From Podarcis cretensis (taxonomy: Eukaryota): a stretch of DNA of 64,000 nt. The first letter of the stretch is position 1, and the number at the start of each line of letters is the position of its first letter. The notes under the pieces are model-generated. The model had not been told where the DNA came from. It worked only from the letters and a program-made list of their open reading frames with translations, and did no database searches. The stretch covers positions 57,846,001-57,910,000 of the forward strand of contig OX638154.1 of the NCBI GenBank assembly GCA_951804945.1. The letters are read 5' to 3'. The translations under genes were made by a program, and so were the position numbers. This document shows, in pieces, positions 46,092 through 59,198 of the stretch.

Positions 46092-49000
46092 GTGAGTAAC
46101 TTTTGTTAGGGCTGGAGATGCAAACTAATATCTGGATCTGTGACTCTGGTTGTATTTCTTCGTATTTCCTGTTCAATTGTAACTAACATCTGTTATGCAT
46201 TTGCTGGGAATAAAAGTCTGAAAAGGATATTGAGAAATCTACGATTTTTTTCTAGGTAGAAACAGTTAAAATAATTGTCTTAAAAATTTCAGTGATTACA
46301 TGAATGATATCCCTGTATTAATTGGGTGTCAAACATTGGCACAATTGCATAGATATATAATTCACAGGTGAGAATTGCTTGCAGCTAGAGCTAGTACAGA
46401 TAAGATTAGCTGTCTGTGGATAAGAAGTAATCAGCTTCCATCTGCTCTTTTGCCACCTAGAATGCACATACTCCCAGATCAATCCCCCATTTTACACTAA
46501 GTTCAGTGTTACATTTCATTGTGTTCCTAGTTAGCTCAAGTCTTAACTAGCTTTTACAACACTGATTAATTGTTCGTTTCCTATACCTATGACTTTGCTG
46601 ATGGCTAAAATTTGCACATAATACTAACATAAACTGTGGCTTAGCACAAATGAGCAAATGTGTGGGTCCAGGGGATTGTGACCACTCCCCTTTTCCCCTG
46701 CTCCTGCTGCCACTGCGCTACCCAGGACTAAGCCATAGTTCGGCTTAGCCTTGCATTTGAACCCAGGCTCATGGTCTGTCTCCTCCAGATGAACCATGAG
46801 TGGTAAACCAAGAACAAATATTGGTTACAGCTTGTCGTTTGTGTTAGCATTTAGTTTACATCACAAAATAATAACAGTAAACTCCCTGAGTAATCACAAA
46901 TAACTAGGGGGGAATTCAGCTTCACGCTGTTACAAATGTTCCATCTGTACAAGCATATCAGTTTCCCAGATGGAATGATCCCTTGCTCTTGTGTGCTGTT
47001 TTGGTGATTCTCCCAACCCCTTGAGCAAATTATAGATGTTGCATGTGTGGGAGGGGAAAGCCCTGTTGTGGAAGCCTTCCTCTAATGGGGTTTGGTAGGT
47101 GTATTCCTCCCTAGGTTCTGTGGGTTGTTGTAGGAATACAAGAGCTTATGAACTTGCTAACTACATTACTAAATGTGTACATTGAGGAGAGAGAAGAAAA
47201 AATGGCATTCACACAATACTGAAACATCAAACATGTTTTGTAAAATTAAATTCCCAAGTGGTTTGTTTGTCTGTGATTGCTGTATTCCCTGTTACGTGAT
47301 TTGTATGTAGCTAAGTCACTTTCCTTCCTATACTATGCTACTTCACTGTTCCGCTGTTGTGAATGCGTGCTATAACGATAGGATTTATCATTGTATAATT
47401 TGTACAAGTAGGGCATTCTCTGGCATGAAAAGTGTAACAATGGAAACAGGCAAACCCAAAAAGAGCTTGGCTGGATTAGATGAAAGGTCTGTCAAGTTCA
47501 GCATCCTGTTTCTCACATAAACCAAAGAGGTGCCTTTGGGGAGATTATAAGTAGGCTATTTCCACGCCCACTTTTTCTCCCCAAGACCTAGTAATGTGGT
47601 ATACTGCTTCCAGACATGGAGGCTTCATATAGTCATCATAACTAATAGGCATTGTTAGACTAATTGATGGAAGGTCTAATCCCATTTTTAAAGCCATCAC
47701 AGCTAATGGTCATCTTGTGGCACCACATGCCATTAATAAATAAATAGCTTTTATAAGGAAAAACACAACCTTTGGTGTTTAATGACTCCAACTACAGAAG
47801 CAATCAAAGTGCTATTTGAGAGTTAATGTGATTTGGTTACCTTTTTTGGCCAACATTTATTCGCTAGTTGGGCTGATAGAAATGGCTTTCTTAGGACTTA
47901 TCCACGCTGTAGTATTCTTCTGAGAAACGAAAATGGTTTTAGTCTGTGGGTATAACTCATAGACTAATTGCTTTCCTAAGTGGTTTCCCTTTTTACGGTG
48001 CTAAATGATGTATTTGCAAAAAGCAGATATGATTCCTGGATTGCTGTTTGAGAAAGCACCACAGCAGCCTGAAGGGCGGATGCTGGAAGAAGGACGGTTG
48101 GAGAGGCAAAAAGCAGCCCCTTTTGGGGAGTGTGAGGACTAAATTTTGAGAGGATTTTTGCTTTTGCTGTTGCTGGCTTTGAGCATTGTGTGCCAAGACG
48201 ATATCATCGTCAGCCACATGTGGCTGAATTGGGTGAATCTGTCTCTTTATCCAGCCGTTCTTCAGTGGGTGGAGAAGTTGCAGCTCTTCATTTATCATTT
48301 ATTATTTATATTTACTAATTTTGCATACTGCCCTTCACCCACCGATCTCAGGGCAGTTCATCTGAATGCTGTAGTGACAGATTTTGCTCCCCAGAAAGGG
48401 TCTCTGCTTCCTCCCCAGTCACTACTGCAGCTGAAGAGTTCTTAAAACACTCACCACCTTAAACTGGTATAGCACTGCAAATTTGTTACCATAAGAATGC
48501 CAAAATAGGTTTGATTGGTTTATGTTTGTGTGTGTGTATAAAAGGCAGTAGGTGCACTTTGATGAAGTATTTATATTTCGGCCATGGTTTAGATTGCAAA
48601 CTGGCAGCCAAGCTAGATGATATTAGAAATGCATGTTCTCCTTTAATGTGGCCTGCTTTAAAAAAATAAATTGGGGGGAGGGGGAGGGGGTGTGAACCCT
48701 CCACTGCTATTTGCCCTGAGGGAGAAGCTGCCATTGGTGACAGTGGCAACTTTCCTTTCTGGTAAATAGCAGCATCTGTAACATGTATATAAGAAGAACC
48801 ATGGTGCGGGGGAAAGGGACAAACTCCAGTTTTTAAGCATTGCAGCTCCAGTCCTGATGAGCTTCTTAATGTTTGCTATCCCCCCCTCCCAAAAAAAGAC
48901 ATGTGAAATGGGACCATGCATTTCTCATTTTGTCTAGTTTTACCCAGAACAGTATATACAGTTGGCAGTAGTATACTAACTAATGGACTTTCTGTGCTTG

Positions 49001-50378
49001 GGCCCTATTACCTTTACAGAGATTTTCAATATAGCATATGATTTTTTTTTCATTATATGTGGAACAAACATGCATTTATTTAATTTTACATGATCTCTGT
49101 TTTGATTTTGGCAACTGGAGAATGTATAAAGCAGTTTATTCGAGTGTTTCTGCAGTGTTCCTAAGCTATATAGTTATGTAAAACACTTAAGAATTGGAAT
49201 ACTGTTAACAATGCCATCTACAAAGGGAACAGTAACTAGAAATGCTTTTGCTTCCACAATATTTTTCAGTATAAGAAGCTATTTGCAATTATTTTAATCT
49301 CATTTATGCTTACGATAATTCTGTGAAGTTAGCTAAAGCTGCAAGATTATGTCTTGCCCAAGGTCACCCAGTTAGCTTTAAGATTAAACAGGAATTTCAA
49401 TGTGATTTTGAGTCTCCAAAATTGACATTCAGTTCAGTTTGCTGTGCTATATTGTCCCCAGCTTCTTTGAATAACTTGTATGATGTCAGTTCTTGTTTGG
49501 GTTTTACATGTTTGTCTTAATTAATGCTGTTGTTTTGTACTTCCTCTGGTCTGCAGCTAAATATATCAATCAAGATGTTAAGATGATGTATTCCCATAAG
49601 ATGTGTATTATAAAGAAATACTTCTGTTCCAGGCCTTAGAGACTAATCAAAACCAGAAATCTAACTTGGGAGCCAAACTAATAATCTAGAGAAATGTATG
49701 ACTGCATTTTCATCTTTTTGAATTTGATTTAAAAAAATAGCAGTTGTGGGAGTACCTAATCTGCATTGGGTCTCCAGCACAGGGTAAGGAATATTTTAAT
49801 ACTTTGTCTCTGTGCTTTTTTCCTAACAAAATTTCTCCCTTAAACTGCTATTCACTCTGGAATGAAAAACATATGACACCCATTTGTGTGTTCTTCTAGG
49901 GTAAATAGCAACTTATGGGTGGTTTTCATTGGGAAACTTCAAGAGGTAAAGTGTTAAACCAACCTACACTGTGGTTCTGATTTAGACTGAGACCTTTGTG
50001 ACTGTAGAACTGCATACATTTCAAAAGATGGAAATACAGTAATTTTCATGCAAACTGGGATCTTGTCTGACCCTGGGTTTAAGCTAGTTTAACTGTAATT
50101 GCTTCTTGCAAAATAAGATAATAATTATTGTTATGCAATACACTTGCAATGTAGTACCCACACAGGGGTGAAGGATTGCTGCACTTCAGGGGGTTAGACT
50201 AGATGGCTCTCGTGGTTCCTTCCAACTCTGCAATTCTGTGGTCTACAGTTCTTGGAATTCTTTGGAACATACCATGATAATGAAATGAGTGAATGTCTAT
50301 AGTGTAAGACCTAATTAAAACAATCCTTCCAACTGCTGATAAACAAAGCTTAGGTGTGTGTTGCTGCCTCTACTAGTA

Positions 50379-50646
50379 CCGTATTGGCCCGAATGTAAGC
50401 CGCACCCGAATAAAAGCCGCATCTTTAAAATTGGGGGGGGGGGGAGGAAAAAAGAAAATACCTGAATACAAGCTGCTCCCTTAAAATTCCGCAGGCATTC
50501 ACACCTGTTCCGTTTTACCATATATCTGTTTCATCAGCAATATCATAAAAGCCAATTTTTGTAAGGTCGCAAATTTAAGCCATACTTTAAACTTTCCACA
50601 GCCAGAATTTGGAAAAAAAGTGAGGCTTATATTCAAGCCAATACAG
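50379..50646. mobile_element. Mariner/Tigger-type MITE
   Basis: TA|CCGTATTGGCCCGAATGTAAGCC...GGCTTATATTCAAGCCAATACAG|TA; ends about 110 bp upstream of the big ZFYVE9 exon. Confidence 0.8.
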
Positions 50647-50754
50647 TATTATGTATTTTTCCTTTGATATACAAACATTTGAACTTCTTGTGCAAAGTAT
50701 AAGTTACATATGCTAAATTTATTGCATATTGATTTAAGTTACTTATCTTTTCAG

Positions 50755-52832
50755 ATGAAGCTATTTCACCTGCTTTGTTGGATGCAAAGTGGAATAAGAT
50801 CCTAGATCCTCCTTCCCATCGGCTGTCTTTTAACCCAGCTCTGGCCAACGTGAATGAATCCACAATTCCTAATGAGTGTCCGCAAAAGTTGAAGTCATTC
50901 TCCCTGTCTGAGTTAGCCACTGCATCAACAGGAGGAGGAGATTGCTGTTCTAATGGAAAGAATCTTAATATAAGACAAGAAAGCCCAAACATGTGGATTG
51001 ATGATCAGGCAGCAACAGATGATCATCAGCTAGTTAAGAGAAATAGCAATCGAAATGCCCTGTACAATTTGATGGATGAAGAAGGAAGGAAAAAGAAACC
51101 AGAGGAAAAAAACGTTCTTGTAGTAGCAGTCATGCATAACTGTGACAAAAAAGGACTGCAAAGTGATTTGTTAGATTGTAGAAATTACAGCAATTCCCCC
51201 AGAATGGATACGGTTAGCTTTACACTGGATAATGAAACCCAACAAACTGATCACATTGATGTTACTGTAAACGGGTCCATTGAAAAAGATTCAGATACTG
51301 AAAAAGATGCAGTACAAGCAAACAGGCTACCTGCAGAAGAAGATTTTTTCAACCATTGTAGTGTTGCTGCTTCTGCCTGCTTATCCAGTGGATATTCTTC
51401 TCGGTTAAAGGAGAATGATAATTCAAATAAAGACCTTCATTTCTCAGAAACTGCAGCAGCAGGGATGAATGTAATTACATTGCAGAGGCCATTTGGCCCT
51501 AGTGTTAAAATACAGCAAAGCTGTGCGTCAGGTGAGGGTTTTGATACTGATGCTGTTGCTCAGCTGGAAACTAGAAACTGTTTACCTAGTTCACGTAATG
51601 GTGGTTTCTCCACAGAGGTTTCTGTTGCAGAACCAGCAGCCCAGCCATTTCAGTCAGGGATATGTGAGGTCTCTGCAACTTGTCAGCCAAATACGCTTGA
51701 AATTGGTAATCACGGTGAAAGTTCTGACGGACATTTGGCCTCTATGGATGTTGGTGCTGCTGACAACGAAGCTGACAAATATGAAAAAATACTCAGCTCA
51801 ACTGAATTGCTCAGCACGACAGTTTGTTTATCAGAATCTCAGGAGATGGCAAATGGGGAACTGACTAAAGAAAATCAGATCAGTAATGAGCAAACACCTG
51901 GGGAGGATGAAACACTGTTGCATACAGCAAAGCGGGAGGAAGCATGTAGTAGTAATGGAGATAGCAGCGATGGCATGACAGTAGCAAGTCAGGACTTAAA
52001 GGGAGCATATATGGATGAGTTTGAAGATTCCAGCCCCACTGATGTCATGAGTACATCGGCATCAAGTGCTCTGCTCAATTGTTGTGATTCCTATGGAATA
52101 CAGAACCCAATTCTTGCTCATATTCCAAAGACTTTACCCTCCAAGGAAGACTCAGTGACTGAGGAAAAGGAGATAGAGGAGAGCAAATCAGAATGTTACA
52201 ATAATGTTTATGAACAAAGAGGAAATGAGGCCACAGAGAGAAGTGGGCTCATTTTGAACTGCACTGGTGACCAAATAAAAAAAAAACATTTACATAATCT
52301 CTGCAGTCAGGTACCATCCGAAACAAGTCAAGCATCACCAAAACAAACAGCTAGTCTGCAACCTCTCAGTGTTCCTTTTGGTGGTGCCCGACCCAAACAG
52401 CCTACAAATCTTAAACTACAAATTCCAAAGCCATTATCGGACCATTTACAAAATGATCTGGTTCCCCCAAACTGTGGAGGAAACAGTAAAAACAAAAATG
52501 ATGTATCTGGAAAAGTAAAAGTAGGTGAAAACATAGCAAATGTATTTTCTGATGAAACATCACTGAGTGCATCAGTCACAGATATTGGCGGGGAGCATTC
52601 TGATGATTATAAGTCTGGGGTTTCTAGTAGTTCGTGCCTTGCAGCAGCTTCAGATAGTCCGGACAACGATCTTGGAGCTGGCCAGTTTGGAGTTCCTACA
52701 AGAAAGCCATTTACTACTTTGGGCGAAGTGGCTCCGGTCTGGGTTCCAGATTCTCAAGCACCAAACTGCATGAAATGTGAGGCCAGATTTACATTCACTA
52801 AAAGGCGACACCATTGCAGAGCCTGTGGAAAG
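50755..52832 (+). CDS. ZFYVE9: ZFYVE9 large exon (2078 nt; disordered region and first half of FYVE domain)
   Basis: Track ORF 50775..52868; acceptor ttttcag|AT; WVPD and [14 protein letters not shown] signatures; AAG|gtatg donor. Confidence 0.98.
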
Positions 52833-55800
52833 GTATGTTTATATTTAATGGAATATTTTCACAAATGATTGAAGCCACAGAATTGGGGGGATATTTTTGG
52901 TAAGCATTTTGTAGTTTTTAGCAAATTAAGGTTAGATATCTATTTATTTTAATGGCTACTGAAAATAACATGAGTGTTAAAGGTATTATTAATTGTTATT
53001 TTTGCGTCAAGCTAGAAAACAAGTACACACCCCAAATAAATAACTTCTTGAATCTTATGGGGTCCCCCCCAGCACACTTTGTGATTAAGTACAGGCAAAA
53101 GCAGAGCTGCAGCACTAGGTTTCTGGCAGCGGTGTTGTTGCTGCAGTTTACTGGGAGGTAGTGGAGCAAGGTGACAGAGAGGTCAGTGTGGTGTGGCTCA
53201 ACTGGCGGGAATGCCAGATTGGCTTTGCCAGTGTGGACGCACCACACCAACTTCTGTGATGCCTCATACCTTGGCTTCCTCCTCCTGATAAGTAGCAGCA
53301 GCAGCCCAGCTGATGGGAATCTAGGGTGCTGCTCTGCCCCACTGGGTAAAAAACTTTTCACTATAGGCTGCTTGCCGTGGTGAGTGTGGCATCACATTCT
53401 GGCAAGAGTAAGAAACAGCCAACCTTCACCCCAGCTTTCAAGCTGCGGGGTGGTCCATGATGAGAGGTTGGGAGGTGGTTTGGCAGCTGGTGAGTCCGGC
53501 CATGGAGACCAAATTGGCAACCCTTCTGCTGGCCTTTCCTGCTCCAGATCAGAAAGGGTGAAAGCAGAGGGAGGGGGAAAGAGGTGTCTTCAGGCAGTGG
53601 CTGTTTCCTGACTTGCCTTTTCCTTTTTAAGTAGAGTGTTGTATATCGTTCTCTAAAGGTGCTTGCCATACTTTCAAGCCGTTGTGGCAAACAGTAAGCA
53701 ATCTTTGCCCTGAATGTTTGATCAGCCAAAAATTAACTGATTTGCTTGTTATTTAATACATTTGTGGTATCACTATTACAATATAACACCACTCCAAATT
53801 CTTAGAAGACTCTAGGGTTGAGAGGGAATGTTGTGATAGCTAAAAATACATGATGTTGGTTATGGGTAAAGCACTTCTCTGTACAAGTGCTTCTTATATA
53901 GGTTGGACCATTTTACAAGTGGTTTTAGCACACATAAGTAGAAATAAGCCCACAAACATTATGTTCCCACAATATCTTTATATCCCACCTGCCTGCATGT
54001 AACTAATTCATTAGCAGATTTAGAGACGATGAAAAATATTTTCTGTCTGGTTGCCTGAAAGGAATGCTGACTTAGCATAAGTGACCAAACAAAAAGTCAT
54101 TTGTAAGCCTGGCTTTGTATCATGTTATCTGGTTTTCAGCTGAAAAAATACCAATATTTTGTTTTTTAAGTATTCCTGAGAAATGAGTAAATGTGTGGCA
54201 TTTAGGATTTCTGTGCTTTCATTTTAAATTGGATGTAAAATAAGCCTGATATCTTGGGGCCTTATAAAAATACAGACGAATATTGTTCTCAGCTAAGACA
54301 AGGTAAAGTAGAATTAAGTGAATAAAAGATCTGTAATCAGCACAGCTGTGCATGGTGCTGTAGAAATGGAATATCACAGTGTTTTATTTAGCAATTATAC
54401 ATTTTATTTATCAAAGAAAGCACAGGGGCTTTTTTTTCAGTGGGATTCCTGCTTGTAGTAAAACATTAGGCCTTTTTAAACCATTTAACTGTAATAGACA
54501 CCTCTTTCTTCCCATTTGAAACTTGTTTTACACTGAGAGCCCCTTCAGGCTGGTATTTTATCACAGGTTTATTCCGCAACGTATCCTTGGCACAATAGTG
54601 CAAAAGTGGTGGATTTATTTTGCTTAAATTTGTTCTGTGATGCTGCCCTAGTGCTACCTCATTATTGTTGAACGGAGGGGTGTGGTGCAACAAAATCAGA
54701 ACAATTGCAGTATAAAAAGTAACAGGGTTTCAACAGACAGTTACAGGATATGCACTGGTTGAAAATGAAGAAATGTGGCTGCCCCAAAACCTTTGCAGGT
54801 ACAAACAGTATTGAAAGTGGGATTGCATGTCACTGCCCTGATAGCACCACTGTAGTTTCTTGCTGTCTAAGAACGTCTCTCTCCCTTAATATTTCATGCT
54901 GATGCACAAATTGGTATAGGTAATAATCACTATAATACCCAACACTATGCTGATGTTTTCCTTTACATGAAGTATTTTGGCATTGCTTTATTTACAGTTC
55001 ATTTCCTCTGGGCAGCAGATTTTTCATTGACCTTGACCTTGATGAATAAGCATTACTGTATCCAGTGTGATACTTTTTCCTCCAGTGAATAAGTTACATA
55101 AGAACTTGCACCTTACTAAATTCAACTTTAGCAAAGATTGTCCTGAACATGGTTTAAAAAAAGATATAACAATTGATTTGGGGAGATCCTCTGTAGAGAT
55201 TAGGCCAGTTTGTATTTTTCTTTCTCCATGAGATAATGAGGGAAGAGACATCTTGCATACATGCTACAAGAATTTTCAGCAGTTAATCTAAAGCTTTCAT
55301 TTCTATAAAAGGATTATTGTTAAATATTTGGTTTGTTTAATGTAGTTGGAACATTTGGAATAGTAAATTATGAATGAAAAGTTAACATTTCATTTCCCAG
55401 CTTAGGGCACTGATTTTTTTAAAATAAATTTAAATTGCCATCCTAGTCTACTGTTGAGCTGAATTTTCCAGCAACAACCCCTCCATGAGTGTAGAAATAT
55501 AAAATATTGTATGTTTTTTTTGGAGTGTGGAAAATTTCATTCAAAGTTGAGTGGCTGTTTAATTTTTCATTAAATATATATTGTTAGATCACAGGAAGGA
55601 AAGAGTACAAGAACCTCATTAGAAATTGAAATGCTACCGTCTATGCAATATAAGGCAGTAACTAATAGGACAAAACCAGCCTTACTTCCTGAATTAAAAC
55701 CAGGAGCTATTTTTGGTGCATTTTGACTATGCTTGAGTATATTTGCTGTTTGATAAAGTTGAAGTAAAGCTTGGCTGCTATGAAACTGTAAATGTTGACT

Positions 55801-56299
55801 GGCTAACTGTTTCAGTGTAGGTGCATTGAGACCTCAACACAGAGTTGAGGGCAAGTGTGTTCAGACCTCTAATGACTTAATTTTATGAAGTGGGAAAGTG
55901 GCCAAGGTTATAAAGACTGTAAGATTTTGATATTCTGCATAGGATGATCACTTGCATAGCACAATATTAACTCAGACATTTCCTGTTTTCAGCATAATCA
56001 AATAATGTGAATATTGGGTGCCTCTAGTTTTATTATATCCCATTATGTTATATTCTGTCTGATCAATATAAATCCCATAACTCATTACAAGACAGGAATA
56101 TTGTACTAAGGTTTATTTGGGTTGTTGTTGGTGGTGGGGTTTTTTTTTTTTTGGGGGGGGTGTCATTCTAGCACTTTTCCTGTAGGATGAGGATAAAGCA
56201 GCACTGGTGAGTGTTGGCTAATTAGGTACAGAATTCAATCTGAAAACTTGTAGTCATAAAAGAGTGCTAAATGACTATATTTTTCCTATTTTACTTAAG

Positions 56300-56399
56300 G
56301 TATTCTGTGCAGCCTGCTGCAGTCTAAAATGCAAACTGCTGTATATGGACAGAAAGGAAGCCAGAGTGTGTGTAATTTGCCATTCGGTCCTAATGAATG
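56300..56399 (+). CDS. ZFYVE9: ZFYVE9 exon, second half of FYVE domain
   Basis: VFCAACCSLKCKLLYMDRKEARVCVICHSVLMN (RVC motif); ttaag| acceptor, G|gtaag donor; 100 nt. Confidence 0.97.
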
Positions 56400-57273
56400 G
56401 TAAGTAACAGGGTAGGAACCAAATGTAAGTTCCACTAACATTGTGCTGTACAGAACCAACCATGTACATGAGTGGGATAAATAATGTGGCCTAGTGCGTT
56501 TTGTTTCCCTACTGGAAATTATTTCAATATGGATAATTATTTTCTAAAGTGATGTCCCAATCTAAAGCCTATCTGTACTCATGAGCTATTTCAAAACAAA
56601 CCTGTTTCCACAATTCCTGATTTATAGAAGAAACTAGGCAGGCTCAATGTTTGTGCATGGAGTGTGATTGATCTGGATCCCATCAGAGCTTTAAATAGTG
56701 TCAGATGACTTGAACTCACTTTTTCAGGTAGAAATCCGTGTACCTTTTATACAAGTAGAGGTAGAGGTAGGTGTACGGTTTGTTGCAATTTAATCTTCTG
56801 TCCCAAAACAGTGTTCCTGGTTGTGGGAACTCCTTTTGAGCACACAAGTAAATCTTGCTTTCATGACTTAGAAGATGAGAGAGAATAAACGCTTGCAAGT
56901 GATTTATGTAAGGCAGTGATCTTGACAGTAGCTCCAGACATTTTGTGCTTCGTACATTACATTTTTGGTGCCTGAAAAGATGCCTGGCCTGAAAAGCTGA
57001 GTATATAAGCTCAGAAATGTCACTTCTTATCTGTCTCAAAAGGGTTCTAAGAATTATGTTGTTAAAATTTGTACTGCGTTTTGACAATGAGCTACCGCAG
57101 TTTAAGTACAGTGCTATTTAAAGCATTAAATATTAACATCTCTCCCTATAGGCTGATAGAAATGTGACAGGAAATGGTGGGTTTATTGCAACTATGAATT
57201 AAAAAGTAGTGACTAAAGTGACATTGATTTTTGAGGACAAGAAATATTATTCTCTGAGAAGAGGGGGGAGTTG

Positions 57274-57460
57274 CATAGGAAGCTGCATTATTTCAAGTCA
57301 GACAAGTGGTCCATCACGCACAGTGTCATCTGCATTGAGTAACAGCAGCTCTGCAGGCCTTCAGGCAGGTGACATTTCCAGTCCTTCTTGGAGATGGCAG
57401 TGATTGAACCTGGAACCTTCTGCTTACAGGGCAGATGCTTTACCACTGAGCTAAGCCCTT
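57274..57460 (-). mobile_element. tRNA-derived squamate SINE (Squam3-like); relatives at about 25362-25527 and 36089-36215
   Basis: Reverse strand reads GCTCAGTGGTAAAGCATCTG...AGGTTCCAGGTTCAATC (A/B boxes), followed by a CR1-like tail ending CTTCCTATG. Confidence 0.65.
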
Positions 57461-58703
57461 CTTAAGGATGCCCTGAGTATATATGGTGAAACACCCTTGC
57501 TTTTGTAACAGAGGTAGCTGACTCCATTCGGTTAATGAATAATACTTTTGGACTGTACTTGTGCAAGGTTGGAACCTGATATAGGTTCATTTGTATCTGA
57601 ACGTTTTTTGTTAACAAGGTCTAATAAAATTAATTGAGCTGTAATTTCCCTTCAGAAGCCTTTCCTTTCCATTACTCATTAATGATGGGAAAGAAAAAGT
57701 ATTTATAAGAGGGTCCACATTGTCTGTAGGTGCATGTATTTCTGTGCCTGGAACCAAGCTGCTGCTTTCCTGTTGTTTGTAATTTGGTTACTTTGGTGTA
57801 TTTGGGTACAGTATAACAAGTACTTCATCGTTCTTTGCTTCAGGAGGCTGAAGTAGTGTTTGTTCAATTGGTGACTGACTTGTGGGAATGTTGAAGTGGA
57901 TGGGGTGGAAGAGAGAAGTGTGGTATTTGTGTTTTGGTGCTCATCTACTTACAGTCCCAGACACGTTCCTACTTTTTAAAAAATCATTGCCAGACAATTC
58001 ATAAAGATTGTAAAGGAAAGTTGGATAGTTGGATGGGAATCCCTTTTACAGTGGTTATATTTTTTCCAAACCACAGAGGCCCAAGAGGAGATAAGATCAG
58101 ACTCTTGAACATGCCACCACCTTTTAGGCATGCTTTGAAGCTCTAGGCTGAGTCAGTATTTTGTAGTAAAAATATTTTTCCAGTATTAATAATAATCATA
58201 TTTCTCAGTTACACAACATATCATGCTAAAGGTGCCAACTATTCAGTGGATTTCATCTAATATTTTGAGATTCATCTTTATTTTTGATTTTTGACTTTGT
58301 TAAAGTTATAATCTAGTTCTGTGCTTTCCTGAGCATGCGGTACTGGGCTATCGGCATAAGTGGACAGCTCCACTATCTCTGCCAATCATCCAGAGGACAT
58401 CCAAGGAGCAGCTCTGTCCCAGTATTGCTGATGAAAAAAACAAGTATGGATGTGAGCATGAAATATTTTAGAAAAGGCAGAGCTGTCTACATTGCCTCCT
58501 TCAGATTGCTACTTCATCTTAGGGAGCAGAGGCAGATGTTTAGACCACACCTGAATAGGTTCAGGACTTATAGTTGCATAAATATATTTTCTGATGAAGG
58601 AAAAGAGCCATTAATCTGATATATCACAAAACTTAGAATTGCAGTGGTTGCATGATTTTTCTGGTGTACTGATTGCCTTTTTGTGTGTTTTGTGTTTCCT
58701 TAG

Positions 58704-58880
58704 CACAAGCCTGGGAGAACATGATGAGTGCCTCAAGCCAGAGCCCTAATCCTAACAATCCCGCTGAGTACTGTTCTACCATTCCTCCCTTACAGCAAGC
58801 ACAGGCTTCTGGAGCTCTGAACTCTCCACCACCTACTGTTATGGTACCTGTGGGAGTCCTAAAGCATCCAGGTGCAGAAG
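58704..58880 (+). CDS. ZFYVE9: ZFYVE9 exon, Smad-binding domain
   Basis: AQAWENMMSASSQSPNPNNPAEYCSTIPPLQQAQASGALNSPPPTVMVPVGVLKHPGAE; 177 nt, phase 1-1. Confidence 0.97.
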
Positions 58881-59074
58881 GTAGGGATCTTCTTTTCTTC
58901 TGCTTAGATTCCATCTCCCTACTCCCCCTCTTTATGAGAGGGGGTGGTCCCTTCCTGTTTGAAGGAGGCAGTGGTGAAACCATTCCTTAAAAAGCCTTCC
59001 TTGGATTCGAAAAACCTAGCTAACTACCAGCCAGTTGCTAAATCTCCCTTTCTTGAGCAAGGTTCTGGAGCAAG

Positions 59075-59198
59075 TGGTTGCAGACCAGATCCAGGCACTT
59101 TTGTAAGAAACTGAGTTTCTGGATCCATATCAATCGAGGTTTAAGCCCAGTTTTGGCACAGAAACTGCTTTGGTCACCCTGTATGATGACCTCTGCCA
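59075..59198 (+). mobile_element. LINE (L2/CR1 clade) reverse-transcriptase fragment
   Basis: Translates ETEFLDPYQSRFKPSFGTETALVTLYDDL (QSGFR..TETAL motif). Confidence 0.7.

Noticed and set aside
52833-52868. ORF extension [11 protein letters not shown] after the big ZFYVE9 exon (similar tails on the 15217, 18072, 58673 and 60186 ORFs)
   Set aside because: Simple read-through into introns past canonical GT donors; the real frame resumes in the next exon.
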